64,000 nucleotides of DNA, from NCBI GenBank assembly GCA_963742265.1, contig CAVULC010000012.1, forward strand, positions 1,636-65,635, given 5' to 3'. Shown here piece by piece: positions 15,331 through 24,149 of the stretch. The stretch is from an uncultured Acidobacteriota bacterium (GTDB lineage: Bacteria > Acidobacteriota > Vicinamibacteria > Vicinamibacterales > 2-12-FULL-66-21). The notes under the pieces were generated by a model. It had not been told where the DNA came from. It ran no database searches and worked only from the letters and a program-made list of their open reading frames with translations. The translations under genes and the position numbers were made by a program. How positions within the stretch are numbered: position 1 is the first letter of the stretch; each line of letters begins with the position of its first letter.

Positions 15331-18300
15331 TTAGAAACGCAGACCGAACGACATCCGGATCGTTCGCGGAGTGGTGTACGCGAAGCGATTGAGCGCGGTC
15401 CCGAAGTTCGGACCGAGATTCCAGTTCACCCCGCGCACCGGGGTGGTTGTGAACGGATTGAAGGTCGCAAAACTCGACGCGGTCGTCCCCGGCGTCAAGA
15501 CCGTCGTGTCGAGACGCTGAAGATTGACGCCACCCGCGTTGGCCGCGCTGCCGGTGCCGAACACCGTGCTGCCGCAGGCACAGAGCTGGAACTGGTCGAA
15601 GATGTTCAGCACCTGCACCTGGCCGAAGAACTGCGTTCGTCCCGCGCCCGGAATCCGGTGCGCGTAGTTGAGCGCGAAGTCGGTGCGGCGCTGACCTTCG
15701 GTGTGGAACTCGTCGCGCGGCCCGAAGAAGTAAGTCGTCACGGTCGACGAAGGTGGCGTCAGGTACACGCCGCCGGGATTGGTCACATACGGCCGCGGAT
15801 CGACACCATTGCTATTCGACGCGCCATACGGCACGCCGCTCTCGAGCGCCTGCAGCAGGCTGAACGTCAGTCCGTGCGCGAAACCCGGGTTGTAGTTCAC
15901 CCACAAGCGGGCGCGATGCCGCTGATCGACGGCGAGGTCCCCCTCGGGGAAGTTCCATGACTCCTGCTTGTATTCAGGGTACCGATAGTCGAATGGCACC
16001 GGGCCGCTCGCCACGTTCTCCGCGTCGAAGTTACCCCAGGCCCGCGACAGCGTGTAGTTGGCGCCGATGTCGAGCACCGTGCCGAAGCGGTAGGTTCCGG
16101 TGAACGTTCCACCGGCATATTCACGCTTCAACAAGCCGCCCGGTGCATTGGTGATCAGCGAGAGGTCGAACGATCGCCCGGTCGGATCCTGCACGTGTCC
16201 GGTGGTCGTGTCTGCCTGCCGCATGTAGAAGTCGGTGTAGTGCCTCACCAGCAGGTCGCCTCGCAGCGACGCGCGGCTGCTCCAGGTGCGCGACAGTCCG
16301 CCCGCGTACTCCCATGCGTTCGGCGATGACAGCCCGTCGGCGATCTGTGGGGTCACGCCCGGGATGGTTGGTGCCGAGCTCAGTGGCAGGCCCGGCCCAC
16401 CGTTCTGGAAGAACCAGTCGAACACCGATCGAATCGCCTGCGCGGTCGGCACCAGCGTCGAGGCACCTGGGCCGTTGATGCTCGGTCCTCCATACAGGAA
16501 GGTGCGCGTCTGCGGGTTGCCGCCTGCCGCTGATGAATCCGCCACCGGATTGGAGATCGCGGCCACGTACTTCGCCACGCTCGCCGTCACGCTCCATGCG
16601 GCGGTCCCGGTCGGATCCCAGATGAGCCCGAGCCGCGGGCTCCAGGCAGCGTCCTTCGCGACGACGTTGCCGGACTGGTCGGCGCCGTGATTCCTGTCGT
16701 AACGGAGGCCAACATTGGCGGTCAGGTGATCGCTCACGCGCCAGGAGTCGTTGACGAACCCCGAATGCGTGCGGAAGCTCGAGCCTTCGCTCTCCTCGAG
16801 AATCGGGTTCCACTGGATCGTGGTGGTGCCGTCGCCGAGGAAGATCGGGACGATGTCGTTCTCACCGGCGCCGCTGCCGGTCAGGACCGTCCCCGCGCTG
16901 AAGATCCGGTAGTCACTGCCGGACTGGTGGTTGTTGGCCGTCCGGATGTCGTTGAAGGTGTCGTAGCCGAACACGATGTTGTGCGAGCCAAGCCGCGGCG
17001 TCGAAAGGAAGTACGATCCCTTGACGAAGATGTCGTCGCTGTCACGCCCCTCGGGCGTGCAGACGCCGCAGAAGGTGTCGGACCACCACCGCGTGCCGCC
17101 GCGGCCGTTGTCGATGAGCAGCGTGCCGTCGATCAGGTCGGTTGACTTCGCGCCCGACCCGATGAACTTGAACGTGCGCTTGGACACCAGCGCCTCGACC
17201 GAGAGTTTGGGAGTGATGTTGCCGCTGTACGTGCCGGCATAAAGCCGTTCGGGAAGCGTGCGCGTGCCGAGGCTGCGCAGGTCCATCGTCAGGTTCTGGT
17301 TGAAGCTGTAATTGATCTGCGAGCGGTCGTGGTAGTTGTAATTCACCTGGAAGCGATGGTTCGGGGTCAGGGAGTACGTGCCCTTGACCTCGTAGCGCCG
17401 CTGTTCTTCCCTGAACTCGTACGGGACGTTGGTCGCAATCAGCGTTCGCCCCTGCGCCTCGTCACGCACGCGCCCGGACGTGAAGAACCAGAGCCGGTCG
17501 GGCAGGATCGGGCCACCGAGCGTGTACTCGTAGGTCGGAACGACGTTGTCGATCCGCGGTTCCGGCGTCGTCGACAGGCGCGCGGTTTCGAACGGCGTCA
17601 GCGTTCGCCACTTGTCGTTGTTCAGCGAATTGCGGAAGCTTCCCGAGAACTGGTTGCCGCCCGACTTGGTGATGATGTTCACGACGCCGCCGCTGAACCG
17701 GCCGAACTCGGCCGAGACGCCGCCATTGGCGACGGTCGTTTCCTGGATCGCATCCTCGATCGCGGTGTCGAACGCCTGGCCGCGAATGTTCTCGTTGATG
17801 CTGACCCCGTTCAGCAGGAACAGATTTTCGAATGTGACCGAGCCGCCAAACGAGAACGCTCCCGCCGGGCCGGTCGGGTGAACTCCGGGCGCCATCAGCA
17901 GAATCGAATTCAGGTCGCGCGACGTCGGCAGGTTCGCGATCAGTTCCTGCGGGAAGTTCGTGGCGATCTGGGACGTGTTGGTGAGCGCGTCGGCGGTGCG
18001 CCCCACGACTGTGACTTCCTCGGTGACCTGCGCCGGGCCGAGCGTCACTTCGAGTGGGAGGACCTGGGTGGGCGCCAGCACGACGTTCCGCGTGTGGGTC
18101 TGGAACCCGGACATCGTCACCGTGATCACGTAAGGGCCGGACGGTAATCCCGTGAGGATGTAGTCACCGTTTTCAGACGTGACCACCTCCCGTGATCCCT
18201 GCAGATTCGGCGAACGTGCAGTGACGATCGCCCCGGGCAGTGTCGCCCCCTGGACGTCGATCACCCGTCCGGAGATGGTTCCGGTCGTGGTTTGCGCAGT

Positions 18301-18360
18301 GGCGCCGGCGGCGACAGCCAGCGCGATGATCACTGCCAGCAGCAATCGAAGACGGTTCAC
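15331..18360 (-). CDS. TonB-dependent receptor-like outer-membrane protein with N-terminal carboxypeptidase-regulatory-like domain
   Basis: ORF 15331..18438. TGTISGRVIDVQGATLPGAIVTARS...GDYILTGLPSGPYVITVTMSGFQT (CarboxypepD_reg), plug/barrel body, C-terminal ...RMSFGLRF. Likely start is GTG at 18360 (VNRLRLLLAVIIALAVA), preceded by AGGAGG at 18367-18372. Confidence 0.85.
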   Translation of the reverse strand: MNRLRLLLAVIIALAVAAGATAQTTTGTISGRVIDVQGATLPGAIVTARSPNLQGSREVVTSENGDYILTGLPSGPYVITVTMSGFQTHTRNVVLAPTQVLPLEVTLGPAQVTEEVTVVGRTADALTNTSQIATNFPQELIANLPTSRDLNSILLMAPGVHPTGPAGAFSFGGSVTFENLFLLNGVSINENIRGQAFDTAIEDAIQETTVANGGVSAEFGRFSGGVVNIITKSGGNQFSGSFRNSLNNDKWRTLTPFETARLSTTPEPRIDNVVPTYEYTLGGPILPDRLWFFTSGRVRDEAQGRTLIATNVPYEFREEQRRYEVKGTYSLTPNHRFQVNYNYHDRSQINYSFNQNLTMDLRSLGTRTLPERLYAGTYSGNITPKLSVEALVSKRTFKFIGSGAKSTDLIDGTLLIDNGRGGTRWWSDTFCGVCTPEGRDSDDIFVKGSYFLSTPRLGSHNIVFGYDTFNDIRTANNHQSGSDYRIFSAGTVLTGSGAGENDIVPIFLGDGTTTIQWNPILEESEGSSFRTHSGFVNDSWRVSDHLTANVGLRYDRNHGADQSGNVVAKDAAWSPRLGLIWDPTGTAAWSVTASVAKYVAAISNPVADSSAAGGNPQTRTFLYGGPSINGPGASTLVPTAQAIRSVFDWFFQNGGPGLPLSSAPTIPGVTPQIADGLSSPNAWEYAGGLSRTWSSRASLRGDLLVRHYTDFYMRQADTTTGHVQDPTGRSFDLSLITNAPGGLLKREYAGGTFTGTYRFGTVLDIGANYTLSRAWGNFDAENVASGPVPFDYRYPEYKQESWNFPEGDLAVDQRHRARLWVNYNPGFAHGLTFSLLQALESGVPYGASNSNGVDPRPYVTNPGGVYLTPPSSTVTTYFFGPRDEFHTEGQRRTDFALNYAHRIPGAGRTQFFGQVQVLNIFDQFQLCACGSTVFGTGSAANAGGVNLQRLDTTVLTPGTTASSFATFNPFTTTPVRGVNWNLGPNFGTALNRFAYTTPRTIRMSFGLRF

Positions 18361-18434
18361 TTGAGCCTCCTGAAGACATGCCTCGCCACGGAAGGCGGGA
18401 CGATACGTGGACGTGCCGCTCGTTACGGCGCGCG

Positions 18435-18566
18435 TCACGTGAGGAGCAAGCGATACGCCGACGGAATGTGTCCGTCTCAGCGATCCCGTGATCGATGGGC
18501 GAAGGCCGGGCCGACAGGGACGTGCGGTCCATGCGAGTTACCGAACGTCACGTGGCGTACACGTGT
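18435..18566. promoter_or_regulatory. cluster of CACGTG palindromes (GTCACGTG x2) in the 5' region of the TonB-dependent receptor gene
   Basis: gtcacgtg at 18435-18442 and 18547-18554, plus acacgtgt at 18559-18566. All lie upstream of the 18360 start on the receptor strand. Confidence 0.2.
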
Positions 18567-18680
18567 CCGGTGGTGAAATGCAGGCGGTCGAGTACCGAGG
18601 CACCACCACCTGGTGCGACGGATCCATGCCATTGATCTTTTGGACCGAACGTTTGGATCGGGCCGACGCGACCCGCGCAC

Positions 18681-18727
18681 TTGAAAAGGCCGCGCCGAGA
18701 CTGGACCGGGTGCTCCCCGGCGCGGCT
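18681..18727 (-). terminator. putative intrinsic terminator after the haloperoxidase-like gene
   Basis: 9-bp GC stem gccgcgccg (18689-18697) / cggcgcggc (18718-18726). On the minus strand it is followed by CTTTTCAA. Begins 23 nt after the stop at 18750. Confidence 0.4.
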
Positions 18728-18749
18728 GTCGAACGCTGACGCGACCTGG

Positions 18750-20012
18750 CTACGGGTTTACAGGCAGGAAGAAGTTGCCGGTCACGTAGTGCGCAACCTT
18801 CCGTCCTATCTGCGCGCCGTGCATCATCGAATGCCGCCAGTGCAGGCCGGCCCACACGCGTGCGTCGTAAATCTCCCGCATGAGCGCGTTGAGATCACGG
18901 TAGGTGCGTTCTGTCTGCACCAGCTGCGGAATCACGCTGCGGCTGGCGGTCAGGGTCCAGGTGACCTTGTTGGTGCCGAAGAAGCGCGCGATCGTATCGG
19001 TGATCGCCGTCGAGGAGTACGAGTGAGCGGAAGGGTATTCGGGGTGATTCACCGAGATCAGCGGCCGCCATGTGGGATCCGCGTCGGTATCGGGATTGCC
19101 ATCGCTATCGGCTCGCGGGATCGCCGTTCTCGGCCGCGACGCACGATACGCGTACTTGGCCTCGAAGCCGGCGATATTGGCGTCCGCAGCGGCGGTGTAC
19201 ACCATCGCCAGGAAGCGGGCGGTGTCACGCACGCTGAGGGCGCGGCTGATGGCCAGATCGGTCAGGCCCTGGTGAGTATTCACCGCCTGCCAGAAGTAAG
19301 CGACGTCGGTTTGTTCCGCTGAGCGCACCGCGCTATCCACACGACCGAAATCACGAGTCTCGGCGAAGTCCTCGGCGTACGCGTTGGACGTGAGCGGGTC
19401 GGGGCCGTCCGGACGAAACTGGCCGGGGTTGGTGAACGTGAATGGCCGGATCTGACCGACGTTCGCGCCGGCCGGTTGAGTGTCGCAGCCGCCATCCGGC
19501 TCGAACTCCCCAGCGGGCGTCGGATCGGCGCTGCACGCGTAGAGCACGACGTTGCCCATGCCATCGGTCGAGCGAAGACGGATGACGGCCCCCGCCGCGT
19601 CTGTGCCGACGCGGACTCCGTCATCCTTCGCTGCTCCATCGGGGATGGCCTTCATGTAGTCCTGATAGGCCTTGTCGAGCCCCGGGTATTGCGAAGATGC
19701 GACGCGAGAGCGGGCTGTGAGATATGCGGCCGTCGAGACAGCGGCACGAACGTCGGCGCCTGGTGCCGCAGTGAGGGCGACCGCGAAGGGCTGGTAACCG
19801 CCCTCGATCGCCACGACCGAGTCGTAGATGGCGATGTGAACCATCGCCCGCAGCACCATCTGAATTGCCGGTAGTCTTGCCGGGGTATTGAGGGCCGGCT
19901 GGACGATCCCCGCCCAATCCGTCACCACATTCTGCGCGTGCGCTGCGCTGCTGAACACCACCGCACTCAAAACGAGATGCGCCACCACACCAGCGATTTT
20001 CTTCATGACCAT
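18750..20012 (-). CDS. secreted vanadium-dependent haloperoxidase / PAP2-superfamily protein
   Basis: ORF 18750..20012. Signal peptide ...VVFSSAAHAQ. PAP2/V-HPO motifs KYAYRASRP (Kx6RP), HPEYPSAHS (PSxH) and RVWAGLHWRHS (RxxxGxHxxx). Confidence 0.75.
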   Translation of the reverse strand: MVMKKIAGVVAHLVLSAVVFSSAAHAQNVVTDWAGIVQPALNTPARLPAIQMVLRAMVHIAIYDSVVAIEGGYQPFAVALTAAPGADVRAAVSTAAYLTARSRVASSQYPGLDKAYQDYMKAIPDGAAKDDGVRVGTDAAGAVIRLRSTDGMGNVVLYACSADPTPAGEFEPDGGCDTQPAGANVGQIRPFTFTNPGQFRPDGPDPLTSNAYAEDFAETRDFGRVDSAVRSAEQTDVAYFWQAVNTHQGLTDLAISRALSVRDTARFLAMVYTAAADANIAGFEAKYAYRASRPRTAIPRADSDGNPDTDADPTWRPLISVNHPEYPSAHSYSSTAITDTIARFFGTNKVTWTLTASRSVIPQLVQTERTYRDLNALMREIYDARVWAGLHWRHSMMHGAQIGRKVAHYVTGNFFLPVNP

Positions 20013-20113
20013 TGCTCCCGTCGTTTTCTCGTGACCGCCTGCTGATTCAGCCGGACGATGGGGTAAGCGGCAAACGAGCGGGAGAACTACAATGCCGTTC
20101 GATTGTTTTCGCG

Positions 20114-20698
20114 ATGACCCCTGGAGCCTCGCAGATCACTCGCCTGTTGAAGGCATGGTCCGGCGGCGACGAGATCGCCCTGGAAGAGCTGATGCCGCTC
20201 GTCTATAACGAGTTGCGGCGGGCGGCCCGGCGCCACATGAGGCACGAGCGCCCTGACCATACGCTGGCGGCCACGGCGCTCGTCAACGAGGTGTATCTCC
20301 GCCTCCTCAAGGTCAGCGACATCGATTGGCGCGACCGGGCGCATTTTTTCGCCGTTGCGGCGCAGATGATGCGGCGAATGCTGGTGGACGCCGCGAGAAA
20401 ACGGTCCGCGGTGAAGCGCGCCGGACGGGCGAGGCGGGTGGCGCACTCATCGACCTTCGATCTGCAGACACTTCCCGATCCCGCATCGATTCGCGACCGG
20501 GACATCATCGCGATCGATGACGCGCTGGATCTCTTCAAGCAGATGGATGCGCGTAAGGCCCGAGTGATCGAACTGCGTTTTTTCGGCGGCTTGAGCGTCG
20601 AAGAGACTGCGGTGGCCTTGCACGTGTCACCGCAAACAGTGATGCGCGATTGGAAGCTGGCCAGGGCGTGGATGACGCGGGAGCTCCGGAAAAACTGA
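20114..20698 (+). CDS. ECF-type RNA polymerase sigma factor (TIGR02999-like group)
   Basis: Inner ATG at 20114 of ORF 20012..20698. ITRLLKAWSGGDEIALEELMPLVYNELRRAARRHMRHERPDHTLAATALVNEVYLRL plus a C-terminal region-4 HTH (LSVEETAVALHVSPQTVMRDWKLARAWM). Confidence 0.85.
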   Translation: MTPGASQITRLLKAWSGGDEIALEELMPLVYNELRRAARRHMRHERPDHTLAATALVNEVYLRLLKVSDIDWRDRAHFFAVAAQMMRRMLVDAARKRSAVKRAGRARRVAHSSTFDLQTLPDPASIRDRDIIAIDDALDLFKQMDARKARVIELRFFGGLSVEETAVALHVSPQTVMRDWKLARAWMTRELRKN

Positions 20699-20738
20699 AG
20701 CACTCGCGCCGTTGCTCTTCGGTCTTCAGGTTGCGCGG

Positions 20739-20769
20739 CGGAAACTTCACTGTTAGATTGCGCTAACAG
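20739..20769 (+). promoter_or_regulatory. ECF-like promoter motif overlapping a perfect 7-bp palindrome that abuts the start codon of the next gene
   Basis: GGAAAC (20740-20745), 15 nt, CGCT (20761-20764). Palindrome ctgttag-attgcg-ctaacag at 20750-20769, followed directly by ATG at 20770. No Shine-Dalgarno is visible. Confidence 0.25.
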
Positions 20770-21429
20770 ATGCCGCGCGCGCGTGTCCTCTCCGCTCTAT
20801 GGGTCTTGATGCTGCTGCCGCCGCCGGCAGCGCTCGCGGCACCGCCGATACTCCGCGATGCGAATTTGAAGGTCACCTTTACCAACTCGAACACGTGTGA
20901 GGTGGATGCGGGCTTCAGCGTCACGCCCGGAACGGCGACATCGTTGGAGCATCGCCTGCAACTCTTCGAAGGCACCAGTGTCGAAGTGATCCGAGATCTC
21001 CGGCGCCGCGCTGCTTCGCCCGGCCTACACCTCAGGGCGAACACAGGGTCCTCGCAGCTCCAGGCGCCCTCACCGGACGCACACAGCTACACCGTGCGGT
21101 ATCGGGTCATACAACTGGAGGGCCGCGCGTTTCGCTGCCCGCTGTGGCTGCCGACCGCACCCTCGGACGGACGGTCTCTCGGTGTGCAGGTTGCGGTACG
21201 ACTGCCGGCCGGCGCGACCCCCTCGGGCGGCGGCTTTCCCGCGTTGCGGTGGGTCGCGAGCGAAGGCGTCGCCAGGCTGGGCCACGTTCCCGCGTTCGTT
21301 CGTGTTCCTTTCAACGAGGCCGGTCGCCCGCCAACCGGTAGCTGGAACATCAATCGAGTGATGGACGGGACAGCCATTCTGCTGCTCGTGGTCGGCATGG
21401 TCGGCTTCATCTGGCGAAAGAGACGGTGA
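20770..21429 (+). CDS. exported protein with C-terminal membrane anchor, unknown function
   Basis: ORF 20770..21429. Signal peptide LSALWVLMLLPPPAALAAP; C-terminal TM ILLLVVGMVGFIW followed by RKRR. Confidence 0.5.
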   Translation: MPRARVLSALWVLMLLPPPAALAAPPILRDANLKVTFTNSNTCEVDAGFSVTPGTATSLEHRLQLFEGTSVEVIRDLRRRAASPGLHLRANTGSSQLQAPSPDAHSYTVRYRVIQLEGRAFRCPLWLPTAPSDGRSLGVQVAVRLPAGATPSGGGFPALRWVASEGVARLGHVPAFVRVPFNEAGRPPTGSWNINRVMDGTAILLLVVGMVGFIWRKRR

Positions 21430-21434
21430 GTGCA

Positions 21435-21554
21435 ATGGGATTCGGGCTGAGCTTCTATGGGTTCTTCCTCGCCGCAGCGATCTGGATGTGCCTGTATTTC
21501 GTGTGGGTAGCCGCGGCGGACCGACTGGAGCGGAGGCGCTCGCAACGTGATTGA
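21435..21554 (+). CDS. 39-aa single-TM membrane peptide preceding and overlapping the SSS symporter (DUF3311/YhdT-like position)
   Basis: My own translation, below the ORF-track size cutoff: MGFGLSFYGFFLAAAIWMCLYFVWVAAADRLERRRSQRD*. Starts 5 nt after the upstream stop and overlaps the symporter GTG (21547) by 8 nt. Confidence 0.4.
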   Translation: MGFGLSFYGFFLAAAIWMCLYFVWVAAADRLERRRSQRD

Positions 21555-23022
21555 TTCGAACGTCCTGATCGTTGTCACGGTGATCTACCTCGCGGTCGTT
21601 CTCGGCGTGTCGATCTGGGGCTACTTCCACACCGACACCGAAGAAGAGTTCCTGGCCGCCGGACGCTCGATTGGCCCGTGGGTGGGCGGCGCCGTGCTCG
21701 CCTCCACGCAGATCAGCGCCGGCACCTACGTCGGCACGCTGGCCGGCACTACCTCACCGGCGTGAGCTGGACCTGGATCTGGTTCGGGCTGTGGGCCGGA
21801 TGGATGATGTCCGCGGTCTCGTCGCGCCGAAGCTGCGCCGCTTCGGCGCGCTGACGGTGGCCGATTACGTCGGCACGCGCTTCGCCAGCGAGGGCGCGCG
21901 CACGCTCGCCGCCGGGCTGATCATCGTCACCTACACGATTCTTCTCACGGCGCAGTTCCAGGCCATCGGCGAGATCGCGTCGGCGGTCTTCGGCATCACA
22001 CCGCTCGTCGGCCATGATCGGGCTGCTGGCCAGCACGGGCTTCTACACCGCGCTCGGCGGCGTCCGCTCGAGCTCGTACATCGAGTTCGTGCAGACGCTC
22101 ATCATGGTGCTGGCGCTGGTGTTCGCGCTGCCGGTGGTCGTCTCGCACGTCGGCGGCTGTGACCGCGCTCGGCGAATATGTCGGCTCGATCGATCCGCGG
22201 CATCACCGGCTGGTGGTTCAGCTGGCGCGAGCTGATCGCGTTCGGCATGGCCTTCGGGCTGTCGATCGCCGCCGCCCCGTACGAGATGACCCGTTACTAC
22301 TCGATGCGCGACGTCACGACGGTGCGCTATGCGATCGGCATCTCGATGGCGGCGCAGGTGCTGATCGGCGCGAGCGTGATGATGCTCGGCATCGGCATGC
22401 GCGGCATCTTCCCCTATCCTGCCGTCGCCCGATCAGGCGTCGAGCATCATGGCGTCGACCGTGATGTCGCCGCTGCTCGGCGCGCTGTTCCTGGTGGCGA
22501 TGCTCTCCGCCATCATGTCGACGGTGAACTCGATCCTGCTCGTCACCGGCGGCGCGTTCGCGCACGACCTCTACAAGCGACTGATCGACCCGACCGCGAC
22601 TCGCAGCGCCGGCTGGTGCTGGGTCAACCGCATCTCGATCGTCGCGCTCGGCGTCGTGCCCATTCTGGTTCGCGACGCGGCGGTTCGGCGACGTGCAGAC
22701 CATCGTGATCGAGCAGGCGAAGTTCATCGCCAGCTTCTTCTTCGTGCCCATCGTCCTCGGCCTCAACTGGACGCGCGGGACGAGGGAGGGCGCCATCTGG
22801 AGCATGGTGGCCGGCTTCTTCGGCTGCCTGCTCTGGACGTTCACGCTGCAGCGCAGCTTCGCGTCGCACGGCATCGACTCGGTGGAGGTCGGCGTCGCTC
22901 TCAGCGCCCTCACGTTCGTGCTCGTCAGCCGGATGACGAAGCCGACCCCCCCGGAGAACGCTCCGGATCTTCTTCGACGAGCGTCCGCTGCGACGAGACG
23001 GTTGACAGGGCCCGCCGTCTGA
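21547..23022 (+). pseudogene. sodium:solute symporter (SSS family), split over at least six frame segments
   Basis: Consecutive fragments carry SSS-like text: 21547..21765, then parts of 21671..22162 (VADYVGTRFASEGARTLAAGLIIVTYTILLTAQFQAIGE), 22014..22235, 22178..22708, 22449..23051 and 22693..23022. The shifts near 21741-21750 and 21818-21824 look like single-base losses. Confidence 0.8.
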
Positions 23023-23113
23023 GGGTAGAAGCAGTGTCACGAATTCGATAACAGTCGTCCAAAGCGGCGCGGATCCTTCCATTACAACGCCGCCGTCGCG
23101 CATTCCGGCTCAC

Positions 23114-24122
23114 GTGCAGCTCGAGGAACAGGTGAAGGTGGCACTGGCGCTCGGCAAATTGCGACCTGGAGACATGCTGCCGTCGATCCGCCAGGTCGAG
23201 GACGAGCTGGGCGTCGGCCGCATGCTGGTGCGAAGGCCTATCAGCAGCTGCAGGACGCGGGGCTCGTGCGGCTCATTCATGGCCGCGGCGCCGTCGTCAC
23301 CGGTCAGGCACGCGCCAACGGGCGGTCACCGCCAAGACCGAGACGCTGATTCAGCGGATCTGTCGAGGATGCGGCGGGACGGGCTGGATCCGGTCACCTT
23401 CGCGCGCATCCTGCACCAGCGGCTGATGGCGGAGGATGCGCGCGTCTGCCGCGCATTCTCTGCGTCGATTCGAGCGACGTGCTCGCGCGCGAGCTGGGCC
23501 AGCAGATCCAGCAGGCGCTCGGCGTGCAACGTCCGGACCGATGGGCTTGCCGCGGCTGCGGCGCAGCCGCAAGGCGTCACGAGCGACACGCAGGTGCTGG
23601 TCGACTACTACTACCTCGCCGACGTCCGCCGGCTGCTCAAGGGACGCGCGGGCGGCATCTATCCGGTCGCGCTCGACTACGACCCGTCGTTCCTGGAGCG
23701 CGTGCGCAGCCTTCCGCTCGGCTCGCCCGTCCTGCTGCTGTTCTTCGAGAGCAGCCTCAAGGAGACTGGCACGCTGCTCGCGATCGACGCGCTGCTCGAC
23801 CGGCTGAGGGATCGCGAGTTCGAGGTCGAGGTCAAGGCGGTCGAAAAGGTCGGCGCGCTCGCGCAGGCTCGTGCGGTCACGTTACGAGGCGATCATCGTC
23901 AGCAATCGCGTCTGGGACGAGCACGCGGAGACACTCGAGCGCACGCCGTCGACATTCGTGCGGCTGGCCTCGCGTGTGAACCAGGAATCACTCAACGCAG
24001 TCCGGGATCGACTCGGGATTCGTAATGTGAGTGTGAGCGCAGAGGCAGGTCAGGCAGGGAAGGGAACAGGGAGGATTCGGAATGAACATCCGCGTACCGA
24101 CGTAGTCCGAGTGCGCCGGTGA
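23114..24122 (+). pseudogene. GntR-family transcriptional regulator with a C-terminal ligand-binding-type domain; frame-shifted
   Basis: wHTH text VQLEEQVKVALALGKLRPGDMLPSIRQVEDELGVGRMLVRR continues in another frame as ...YQQLQDAGLVRLIHGRGAVV. C-terminal parts lie in ORFs 23114..24025 and 23871..24122. The true N-terminus may lie upstream. Confidence 0.65.
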
Positions 24123-24149
24123 TCGGCTGACGCGACGGCATGACGCGTC

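Noticed and set aside
18373-18680. Possible riboswitch (for example cobalamin) in the long leader of the TonB-dependent receptor
   Set aside because: I could not find a B12-box-like core or any other riboswitch signature I recognise by eye. Only the CACGTG boxes stand out. An Infernal scan would be needed to exclude one formally.
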